The translations under genes were made by a program, and so were the position numbers. Shown piece after piece: positions 52,635 to 61,386 of a DNA stretch of 64,000 bases; within the stretch, counting starts at the first letter, position 1, and every line of letters begins with the position of its first letter. Source of the DNA: Candidatus Hydrogenedentota bacterium (GTDB taxonomy: Bacteria > Hydrogenedentota > Hydrogenedentia > Hydrogenedentales > SLHB01); NCBI GenBank assembly GCA_963668025.2, contig CAXXTH010000018.1, positions 513,763 to 577,762 on the forward strand. Reading direction: 5' to 3'. A model generated the notes under the pieces. That model was given only the letters and a program-made list of their open reading frames with translations. It ran no database searches and was not told the DNA's origin.

Positions 52635-54098
52635 CTAGAAGCTGATCGTCTGGACCTCCATCTTGCTATCCCAGGGGCCAGGTGTAAATGTACATAAGAC
52701 TTTATAGCTCTTGCCTTTCTGAGGGCCACTCCATGTGGCCGAGCAACTGAAGCCTCACCCATACTCGAATTGGCCTTGGGCCACGACCTCGCCGTCATCC
52801 GTCACAATCTTGTACGTGGGCTCTTTGGGCCGTGAATTATTCGTCGCGGACATAGGGATCGCATCGCCCGAACCTGCCACACGATCCAGCCTGTTCACGG
52901 CTTCTTTGCCTTTACCCATCATCGTGAAATTGAGCCGCACTCCATCCGAATGGCCTGAAGCAAAATTCTCTTTATCCCATTGATACACAAATACCGCAGG
53001 CGAATAGGGCTCACCGAAAACGGTTTTGACCGTTTCACCCGCCTTCGCCGTCCATATCGGTGTTTCATTCGTAGCCATCGCACCCATGCGCCAGGTATCG
53101 CCCTTCTTATCTTTCTTCACGGACTGGTACATGGCCACCATGTAGTCGCCGGGGGGAACGAGCACTTTGCTGGTAACGCCATACGCCATAACACCGTCCT
53201 TGGTGGCGTTCGCGGCAGCAAGCTGGACCATCGTGGCTTCCTGCCCGAGCTTCACCGTAGCCAGCGGCTCCGGCGTAGGTTCGAGGGTCATTTTCTTCGC
53301 GGGAATATCAACCGCCACCGTATACAGCGCGCCATCCAGGTACAAGTATTTGCCCATGGGGCACGTATCGTAATAATCAAGCTGTTCCTTGTCACTTAAT
53401 ACAAACAAATCGGCTCGTATATACAGAGGCTGATACGGCATATCCCGGTTCATTTCCGACATCTTCGCCTTATCCATAGGCTCCGCTAAATCCGAGAAAT
53501 TACCGTTCCCATTGCCGTCGCCCAGCATAATGCGATACGTCTTGGCATTCAGCTCGAATGTCCCCTTGTAAGCGCATGCTGTCCGGCAGATAAGCTGGAC
53601 CCTTTGAATAACGAGCTTTCCATTCTCGTCCTGTATTTGCATGGGATACGCCTGGAAAGCGAGCCTATACGGCGTATTGTTCCCACCTACGGGAATGGTT
53701 AGATCAAAAGGCTCCCAGTTCGAATAGTCGGTGCTGAACTCACTTGCCGTTGCCCACGCCTCTTCGGCCAGATCGCCATCGCCGTCCATATCGAAGAGCA
53801 GCTTGTCGTAGAAGCCATCCTCTTTCGACGGTTCAAGCACGACCAAGCGTTTTACACCGCCTAGCTCGATAATGGTATAGAGCTGCTTAGCGCCTGTGAA
53901 CTCCGGCAGTTTCCACTCGCCGGGCGGGATTTCCGGCTTGGCTTCGTCGCCCCTTCCACCACCAGGGATGAATGTCCTGTTGTCGTTCGATTGGGTGACA
54001 TACTCGAGGGGAACCTCGATAGCCGCCGCCATGGCCGCCATCGAAAAAATCCACGCGCATGCCATAAATATTGTGATGCCTCGTATTCTCACCATCAT
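52635..54098 (-). CDS. Predicted selenoprotein B: secreted, C-terminal FEYG-U-GFSC
   Basis: Apparent stop TGA 52755-52757. Readthrough adds U+GFSCSATWSGPQKGKSYKVLCTFTPGPWDSKMEVQTISF up to TAG 52635. Signal peptide; DxDGDGD motifs. Confidence 0.8.
52724..52740 (-). promoter_or_regulatory. Candidate bacterial SECIS
   Basis: GGCCAC-ATGGA-GTGGCC beginning 15 nt after the TGA. Confidence 0.75.
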
Positions 54099-54130
54099 TT
54101 AGATCCTCCTGCAAGTTAACCTCCATACGC

Positions 54131-54155
54131 GCATGGGCGGGACGCCCATGCTACG
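54131..54155 (-). repeat. GTAG-type REP palindrome
   Basis: GTAGCATGGGCGTCCCGCCCATGC. Confidence 0.75.
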
Positions 54156-54162
54156 TGCGTAT

Positions 54163-56175
54163 TTACTCCAGTGTAGCCTCCAGGGGTGGAGGGGTAGTTT
54201 CTATTGCCGGTGCATGCTCCGGCTCCAGCGGGAAGGGAAACACGCTGTAGAATCGCTGCTTGAAGTGGGAATCCCAAAGCGCCATGGCGATGAATGGCAG
54301 CGCCAGGACGTACAAAATCACCCCTATAAATGTGCATACACCAAGCACCATCAGGAAAATATCGCTCTCCCCTGATGTTATCGCAGCCACAGCGCCAAAC
54401 AGTATGCCCACCAACAAAACCGTTGCTATGCTCCAAAAGGCCAGCCAGCATACGACTCGTGTAGCGGTGCATGTTTTTAAGCAACAGACGCCGGTAAGAA
54501 GCAACGCAATGAATAAAATCCCTACGGCGATCCCTTCCATCACAAGGTATATAAAGAAATAGGAGGCGCCGCCTCCGTAAGCAAACAGGGCGATGCAGCC
54601 AAACACATATGCTTTCGCCATGGTGAAAAACAGGTTCACCGCGCGCGCCTTTATACGGTCTTTGCCAGATAATAACCACGCAGCGCATAAGCCATACATA
54701 TGGGAAAGCAAAAACACAACGGACAGTGTCACGGCAATATTCGCCCGTTCGGGCGAAATAGAGCAACATGCATATCCGGCCAAAGCCGCCACTACCGCTA
54801 TCGCTAGAATCCTCAACACATGGCGGTTGCGGTTGCGCGGCAGTAGAAACAGCACAAGCAATAGCAGGAACGGCAATAAACGAATCACGGCTCCTGTAGG
54901 TGCAATGTAATAGGTTTGGCGCGGGCCTTCTTTGTCGCCCAAACAGCCAATATCACACGCGCAAGCGAATTCGTATTTACCAAATGCGGCCAGAGGTACT
55001 CGCCATGAGTACGAACAGGTGCCCCCTCACCCATACTCGAAATTGGCGGAAGAAATCTGCTTGCCGCCTTTGTACACCACAAAAGATGGACGCGAACGCT
55101 TTGTGGATGAAGCAGGTTCATATTCCGCGCCGGTCTTGTCACAGAGTTTGTATCCGGCAGTAACCGCGAACACGCCTTTACACAGTTCAAGCGTGTTGTT
55201 CAGTGGCGCGCCTTCCGCGATGGCGACAGGCTTGCCCGCTTCAAAAACATACGAGCGAGAAGGAGAACTCTCGAACATCAATTCTTCTTTGCCGGCATTC
55301 AAGAGTATTTTCGTGAACGTAAATGAACCTGCGGGAACGGCCACGGTTCCACTGGGATGATCGAGAAACACCGTTCCTTGCTCTCCAACGAACACCATTC
55401 GTTCAATATACTGTCCCTCCACGGCGGCTTCCGCCATGGTCACGGGCGCTTCACGAAATTCCACTATCAAATCCGCGCCGGTAGCGCCCGGCTCGAAGCG
55501 GTAGGCAATCGTGTAATGCTTCCCGTCAACGAACAACTGGCTGGGATCGCCTGCCGCGCAGATGCCTTGTTGCTCATGATTCGCCAGTTTCTCCGCACCG
55601 CGAAACCCGAGCAGCACGGCGTCGCTGGAACCAATGGTTCCATTCAAATCATCGGTTACGCCAAGGGGATAGCGCCCGGTCGGCAGGTCGACAAAACCGG
55701 TCCAACCGGAGGTAATCGTCATTCGGGTCATGCCAACAGGATATATTTGAATATCCATCTTGTAATGCCGGGCGGGCTCACCCGGCATATCGAATGCTAC
55801 ACCTCGATAGGTGATGCCATAGTCGTTTTCCATATTGTCTATAAGGACCGGCGGATCATCGGCGAGATCCAGGTTGCGGTTCGCATCAATCCATATGCGC
55901 TGGGAGTTCTTGTCATAGGCGAAACCGATGAAATCGCCTTTGGCTTCGCCGATGGAAATCGCGCCGGTTGCGGCATTCGCGGGATAATCGGGGGGCAGTG
56001 TTTTAAAAGTGACCGTACCCCCTTTCTCTCCCATAGAAAGATTGCCTGCGGACATGTCTTGCGACAGCCGAGCCGTATAGACGGCTCCATCAACGGGAAC
56101 AGCTTCCTGGGCCTGCGCAGGAAAAAGAGAGAGGAAAAGAAATGAGCAGACACACCAATTCTGAAGACGAGCCAT
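54163..56175 (-). CDS. Predicted selenoprotein A2 (paralog of A1, ~670 aa)
   Basis: ORFs 55027-56175 and 54163-54942 are in frame across TGA 55027-55029: FEYG-U-GGTCSYSWRVPLAAFGKYEFACACDIGCLG. Confidence 0.82.
54996..55012 (-). promoter_or_regulatory. Candidate bacterial SECIS
   Basis: GTACTC-ATGGC-GAGTAC beginning 15 nt after the TGA, identical to the A1 hairpin. Confidence 0.75.
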
Positions 56176-56378
56176 CTACAACGCCCTCCCCAGTTAGGAG
56201 AATTACCCTGTGAACCCACTCGCTACTGTATCATAGTGCGATTAATTTTCCAAGAAGCTGGCGGCTCAAAAAATATTGCGTATTCTGTTGCAGCCGTCTA
56301 GAGTTAATCGTGATGGCGGCCAGATGGATGATCTCTAAAGCGCCACACGGAATGAAATAGGCTGGGGAGAAAATAGAC

Positions 56379-57854
56379 ATGACACGAAAAGCGGCCGTTA
56401 TTGCGATTGCGGTATTTTTTACACTCGGATTTCCTTGTTACGCGGAATTAGCGCCCATTGCCATCGAGTCTGGCATACAGGCGTATCAAGTCATTCAATG
56501 CGATGCGCATGGCCTGGCTGAGGTGAACTGTGCGGGCAGGGTGGATGCTGTTGCATCCGGCACTGTCGAGACCCGAGTCCTTTCCAAAAAACACAAGGTG
56601 AAACCCTGGTCGGCCGTCGGCACGGTGTCCGATTCAAAGTGGAATGCACACATCGCTGGTCTGCCCGTGGGCGGACCCTATGCCATCGAATTTCGCGCCA
56701 AGGACGACACCGGTAAAACGCGCGCGGAAACTGTCGTTCAGGAAGTATTGGTGGGGGATCTATGGATACTGGCCGGGCAGTCCAATATGGAAGGATATGC
56801 AGATCTGGTTCATACCGCGGAACCTTCTCGACAGGTGCATGCGTTCTATATGAACGATACCTGGCAAATCGCCAAAGAGCCGCTTCATGACTTATGGTCT
56901 TCCTGCGATCACGTCCATAATAGCGTAAGCGGTGAAAAGTCACCGGCAAAGGGGGCGGGATTGGGGCTGCCCTTCGCCTTGGAGATGGCCCGCCGCACGG
57001 GCCGCCCGGTGGGGCTTATCCCCTGTGCGCATGGCAATACTTCCATGACGCAGTGGAATCCGGAATTGAAGGAGCCATATGGCGACTCGTTATACGGTTC
57101 GATGTATCGGCGGTTTCTGGCAGTGGGCGGGCATATTCGCGGCGTCTTGTGGCATCAGGGCGAATCGGAAACGTTGTCCGATGAAGATGTCGCCGCATAC
57201 CCCCAACGGTTGAGCAGCCTTGTTCGAGCGATACGCACGGATTTCGCGTCGCCCGATTTGCCCTTCTACTATGTGCAGATTGGGCGCACGGTGCATTTTG
57301 CACCGATAGAACCACGGCGCTGGAACGCCATTCAGCAGGCCCAACTGGATGCGGAAAAGCTCATCCCCCATGTTGGAATGACTGCCAGTATAGATTTGCC
57401 GCTAGATGACTTTGTGCATGTGAGCACGGATGGGCACAAAGTGCTTGGGCAGCGATTGGCTGCGCTTGTTTGCCGGGATTTATTTGGCGAGGCATCCATC
57501 CAGGGAGGCCCGCGTTTCTCCCAGATGGAGATGGTCAAGACGCCTTATGCTCTCGAGCTTCACGTCCGGCTTCAAGGAGTCAACGGCAAACTGCAAGCGG
57601 CGGGGCGCGTGTCAGGCTTCAGCCTGAGCGATGCGGAAGGGCGTGACCTCCCCATGATCGTCGAGCAGAGCCTATCAGATGAGGAGCCAGCGACTGTGAT
57701 CCTGCGCCTCACGACGCCGCTGGGAGGCTGCCCGGAGCAGGTGTACCTGTGGTATGGGCACGGGCTGAATCCGTACTGCAATGTAGTGGATAGCCAGAAT
57801 CTAGCATTGCCGGTATTTGGGCCTGTGCCGGTGCTGGAACGCATTCCGTTCTAG
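56379..57854 (+). CDS. Sialate O-acetylesterase (SASA / SGNH) family, secreted
   Basis: GDLWILAGQSNMEG, PVGLIPCAHG, WHQGESE, DFVH. Confidence 0.88.
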   Translation: MTRKAAVIAIAVFFTLGFPCYAELAPIAIESGIQAYQVIQCDAHGLAEVNCAGRVDAVASGTVETRVLSKKHKVKPWSAVGTVSDSKWNAHIAGLPVGGPYAIEFRAKDDTGKTRAETVVQEVLVGDLWILAGQSNMEGYADLVHTAEPSRQVHAFYMNDTWQIAKEPLHDLWSSCDHVHNSVSGEKSPAKGAGLGLPFALEMARRTGRPVGLIPCAHGNTSMTQWNPELKEPYGDSLYGSMYRRFLAVGGHIRGVLWHQGESETLSDEDVAAYPQRLSSLVRAIRTDFASPDLPFYYVQIGRTVHFAPIEPRRWNAIQQAQLDAEKLIPHVGMTASIDLPLDDFVHVSTDGHKVLGQRLAALVCRDLFGEASIQGGPRFSQMEMVKTPYALELHVRLQGVNGKLQAAGRVSGFSLSDAEGRDLPMIVEQSLSDEEPATVILRLTTPLGGCPEQVYLWYGHGLNPYCNVVDSQNLALPVFGPVPVLERIPF

Positions 57855-57885
57855 TGAGAAGCAATGGCCATGCTCCTTGGCTATT

Positions 57886-58671
57886 TTAGCCAGTGGCGTT
57901 CTCCGAATCCTTATGGGGGCATGCCTTTTGGCAATCGTGGCAGACGATGCATTCGAGAGCGCGGCTCGGGGGCACGCCTTGGGCCATGTGTTTCGACGGG
58001 ATCCCATTGGCGGGGCAATACTTGTCGCAACGGTGGCATTCCTGGCATTTCGCGATAGGCTTCACGGTCCAGAAACTCACCAGATTGAGCGGGCCGAGAA
58101 TGGCCCCTATCGGGCAAAACACTTTGCAGAAGGAGCGGCTGCTGGCCATGGCCAGCAGCAATACGACGGCGAGCACGCCCAGTTTGATCCAGGAGCCCGC
58201 GTCCAGTCCAGCGATTCCCGCGCTGGCAACGTTCGGCAGGGTGACTTCGATGGCGGACGCGGGGCAATAACGGCAGAACGAGAAAACGGTGGATTCGCCA
58301 AAGAGTGCAGGGAGCAGGAGCACAAATAGGACCAGCACGGCGTACTTAATGTATCCCGTCCAATTCGGCAAAATGTATTTGCGTCCTGGGATCTTATAGA
58401 GCAAATCCTGTATGAATCCAAATGGGCACACCCACCCGCATAGCAGCCGTCCGAAAACTACTCCGAGCGCCAGCACAGTTCCTACGGCCAGAAAGGGAAA
58501 AGCCCAATAGGCCGCATAATGGACAAATACGCCGATGGGACAGGCGAACCAAGACAGCGGACAGGAATGGCAAGTAAGCACGGGATTACACAGCCATTTC
58601 GCGTCCAATCCCCACGAACAATGGAGCATCACCAGCGCCGAAATCTGAACCCACCACCGCCGCAACATCAC
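57886..58671 (-). CDS. Membrane 4Fe-4S binding protein (NapH/YccM-like polyferredoxin)
   Basis: CHSCP...CPIG, GRLLCGWVCPFG, FCRYCP, FCKVFCPIG, CxxCxxCxxxCP twice. Confidence 0.9.
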   Translation of the reverse strand: MMLRRWWVQISALVMLHCSWGLDAKWLCNPVLTCHSCPLSWFACPIGVFVHYAAYWAFPFLAVGTVLALGVVFGRLLCGWVCPFGFIQDLLYKIPGRKYILPNWTGYIKYAVLVLFVLLLPALFGESTVFSFCRYCPASAIEVTLPNVASAGIAGLDAGSWIKLGVLAVVLLLAMASSRSFCKVFCPIGAILGPLNLVSFWTVKPIAKCQECHRCDKYCPANGIPSKHMAQGVPPSRALECIVCHDCQKACPHKDSENATG

Positions 58672-58715
58672 CAGCCCCTAAACCCTAGCCCCTAAACCCT
58701 AAACCCTATCTCCTA
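58672..58715 (-). repeat. Heptameric (TTTAGGG)-like tandem repeat, potential G-quadruplex
   Basis: TAGGAGATAGGGTTTAGGGTTTAGGGGCTAGGGTTTAGGGGCTG directly before the start codon. Confidence 0.75.
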
Positions 58716-58732
58716 GCGGCTCCCATGGCCGC
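58716..58732 (-). promoter_or_regulatory. Candidate bacterial SECIS (in the 3' UTR)
   Basis: GCGGC-CATGGGA-GCCGC beginning 14 nt after TGA 58746-58748. Confidence 0.6.
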
Positions 58733-58739
58733 GAATGCC

Positions 58740-59009
58740 TCACTTTCAAGTGGGGCAGGAGCGCTTGCCCCTCGGGGCTGAGCGGTCGTAGGTGGAATAC
58801 AGTTTGCCGTCTTTTCTCACTACCCCGGTGAATGTGGCGTCGATGGTGAGCTGCCAATCCGGGATGCGCTCGAAAGTGATGAGGCCGAATTCCTGGCCCA
58901 TTTCGTCCTGTTCGTAGACCTTGCGCGAATAGACCGCGCCCGTGGCGATGCAGGCAACTGCTATCGCGAGCAACACGCCCGCCACCGTTTTCTGAATCAT
59001 GCCATGCAT
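58740..59009 (-). CDS. Small membrane-anchored protein, predicted C-terminal CxxU (SCPT-U-K)
   Basis: N-terminal TM helix; ends TGC CCC ACT TGA AAG TGA; lies between selB and the polyferredoxin. Confidence 0.68.
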
Positions 59010-59012
59010 GGC

Positions 59013-60998
59013 CTAAAGCAGGTTCCTTTCATATTGGTACGCCAGCATGCGAAGGTTCTCCCGCCGTATGGTGACGCGCCGTTTGTCCAGATAATCCAGA
59101 ATCGCGATGGCGTATTTCCGCGTGGACTCTATCCTATACTTAAAATCCGCCGAATCCAGTTTTCCGTCCCGCTGGATGGCTTCCACGGCGATAGTCTGCG
59201 CACGTTGCATGGCAGAATAGCTCAGCACCACGTTTTTAGCAAGCCGGATCAGCAGCCCCTCGGCGCAGGCGAGCTGCAACAGCTTTTCGATGTGAGCCTC
59301 CGACGCACCGAGTAGTTCTGGCAATTCATCCGGGCGGGGCGATTGGAAGGCGTTTTCTTCATACACCGTCAAAATACGTTCGAGCAGCGCGCGGTCGTCC
59401 TCGGGCAATCGTTCCAATGCGCCGCGCAGCACCATACGCCCCGTGCGCGACGCCGTTGCTCCTTGCTGTTTGAGCCCTGCTTGGGCCTTGCGCCAGAAGG
59501 GCGCGGGCCATCCTAATTCCTGCTGCAACGCCGCAGTGTTAAGCTCGATGGCCCCGCCTTGTTCAAGGCGTTCCTTGAGCAACGCCACGCCTTCCTGGAA
59601 ACGGCCCGCATCCGCGTAGTGGCCGTCCTCGAGTGCGAGGAGTTCGCCGGACGCCGCCAAGATATCGAGCCGGGCGCGCGCCGTTTCAATGGGCAGATAA
59701 GCGGCTCGCGCGGCGGTTTCGAGGGATGCGCTAGGCGCATCCGCCGTGTGAAAGAAATGGCGCAGGCGTCGGCGCTGTCCCTCTTCCGAGAACGGCTCCG
59801 CATCGCCAAGGGCCTCCGCACACGCCACCAGTTCATCCAACGCTTGTTTCTTGCGAGGGCGGTTCGCGCCCGCGTAAATGGCCCATATATCGCCCCCAGC
59901 CACTGTAGTCGCAGGCGATATGCGCCGCAGGATGAAGCGGTCATGCGGAACCACTGCTATAGGTTCGCTCAAGGCCAGCACCGCCCAGCACGGCTCGCTT
60001 TCGCGCGCCTGTTCTTGGTCGAGGAGATACACCTTGCCCGGCTGCTCGCTCGTGCCGGTATGCAGCCGGACTTGCTCGGCGTTCCGCAGCGGCGTATCGA
60101 TTCCCGCCGCCGCACGCAAGCGCACGCCAAAAAAGGAGGCCGCCTGCAAATAGCCCGGTGCGGCGATGGACTGCCCACGCTCGGGGGGCGTCTTGCCGAA
60201 CTCGGGTACGTTGAGGGCGAGGCATTGTCCGCTGGCCCCCTCTTCCGCTTGCCGCAAGAAACACTGGATGCCCCGGATATGCCCCCGCTGGCCGCCGGGG
60301 GCCAATTCGACTTCATCGCCCACGCGCACCTGGCCGGATAACGGAATGCCGGTGGCGACGGCCCCGAATCCTTTGCGCAGAAAGACGCGCTCGATAGGCA
60401 TGCGGAAGATCCCCGCGCGGCGGGTTTGTTCGGCGGCGCGGATGGCGGACACGAGGGTTTCGTAGAAAGGCCAGAATCCTTCACCCGTCTCGGAAGACAC
60501 GGGGCAAATGGGCGCGCCGTCGAGGAACGTGCCCGCGGTGAAGACACGCAGATCCTCGATCACCTCGGCCACCCGTTCCGGCGTCACGAGGTCGATCTTC
60601 GTAAGCGCGATGATGCCGCGCCGCACGCCGAGAAGATCCATTATCTGGAAATGCTCGATGGTCTGCGGCATGATGCCGTCATCGGCGGCGACCACGAGGA
60701 TCGTAAGATCGATGCCCGAAACGCCCGCCACCATGTTGCGGATGAATTTTTCGTGGCCGGGCACGTCGACGATGCCTACGCATAGTTTGCCGCCCAGACA
60801 ACAGGGCGCGAAACCGAGTTCGATGGTCAGCCCGCGCTCCTGCTCGATCTTAAGGCGATCCGTGTTACAGCCCGTAAGCATCTTCACGAGCCGGGTCTTG
60901 CCATGGTCCACGTGCCCCGCCGTGCATACCATCATGAGCACGTCGGGCTCGACCTCGCGCCGGAGGAGTCCCGGCGGCGATGCGGCATGGGTGGCCAC
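59013..60998 (-). CDS. selB: Selenocysteine-specific elongation factor
   Basis: TAGHVDHGKT, EQERGLTIELGF, DVPGHEKF, LTKID, C-terminal STRKYAIAILDYLD winged helix. Confidence 0.95.
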   Translation of the reverse strand: MATHAASPPGLLRREVEPDVLMMVCTAGHVDHGKTRLVKMLTGCNTDRLKIEQERGLTIELGFAPCCLGGKLCVGIVDVPGHEKFIRNMVAGVSGIDLTILVVAADDGIMPQTIEHFQIMDLLGVRRGIIALTKIDLVTPERVAEVIEDLRVFTAGTFLDGAPICPVSSETGEGFWPFYETLVSAIRAAEQTRRAGIFRMPIERVFLRKGFGAVATGIPLSGQVRVGDEVELAPGGQRGHIRGIQCFLRQAEEGASGQCLALNVPEFGKTPPERGQSIAAPGYLQAASFFGVRLRAAAGIDTPLRNAEQVRLHTGTSEQPGKVYLLDQEQARESEPCWAVLALSEPIAVVPHDRFILRRISPATTVAGGDIWAIYAGANRPRKKQALDELVACAEALGDAEPFSEEGQRRRLRHFFHTADAPSASLETAARAAYLPIETARARLDILAASGELLALEDGHYADAGRFQEGVALLKERLEQGGAIELNTAALQQELGWPAPFWRKAQAGLKQQGATASRTGRMVLRGALERLPEDDRALLERILTVYEENAFQSPRPDELPELLGASEAHIEKLLQLACAEGLLIRLAKNVVLSYSAMQRAQTIAVEAIQRDGKLDSADFKYRIESTRKYAIAILDYLDKRRVTIRRENLRMLAYQYERNLL

Positions 60999-61001
60999 GG
61001 G

Positions 61002-61386
61002 CTAGAGCCCCACTTCCTGGCAAACTTCCTTATAGAACATCATGGCGGTGCAGCCGCCGAAGGCCACGGCCAGCCGCGCCGTTTCGTCGATTTCGTCTTT
61101 CGATATGCCCATCTGAACGGCCCCTTGCAGATGGATCTTCAGGCAAGGGTGGCAGTGATGCGCAATGGATAGCAGAATGGCCATCAGCTTCTTGTGTTTC
61201 GCATCAATCAGCCCCGGCGCGTTGGCTTCTTTCATGAAAGCTTTGAATGATTCAAACGGGTCCATATTCGGATCTCCTTGTATGGGCGGGGTCTTCACCG
61301 GCGTGATGTCCGGCGGTTCACAGCAACAGGCCGCGTCTTCAACGGGCGCTGCTATCTCAATCGGCTTGTCTTTCAGGCGGTTCATA
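61002..61386 (-). CDS. Carboxymuconolactone decarboxylase / AhpD-like domain (possibly the C-terminus of SelD)
   Basis: KHKKLMAILLSIAHHCHPCLKIH..GA...G...DEI.E, FGGC; preceded by a CCC linker. Confidence 0.75.

Noticed and set aside
58713-58742. Second TGA of the small protein also read as Sec
   Set aside because: The hairpin would start only 8 nt after it, unlike the 14-15 nt spacing at the other sites. Treated as the stop.
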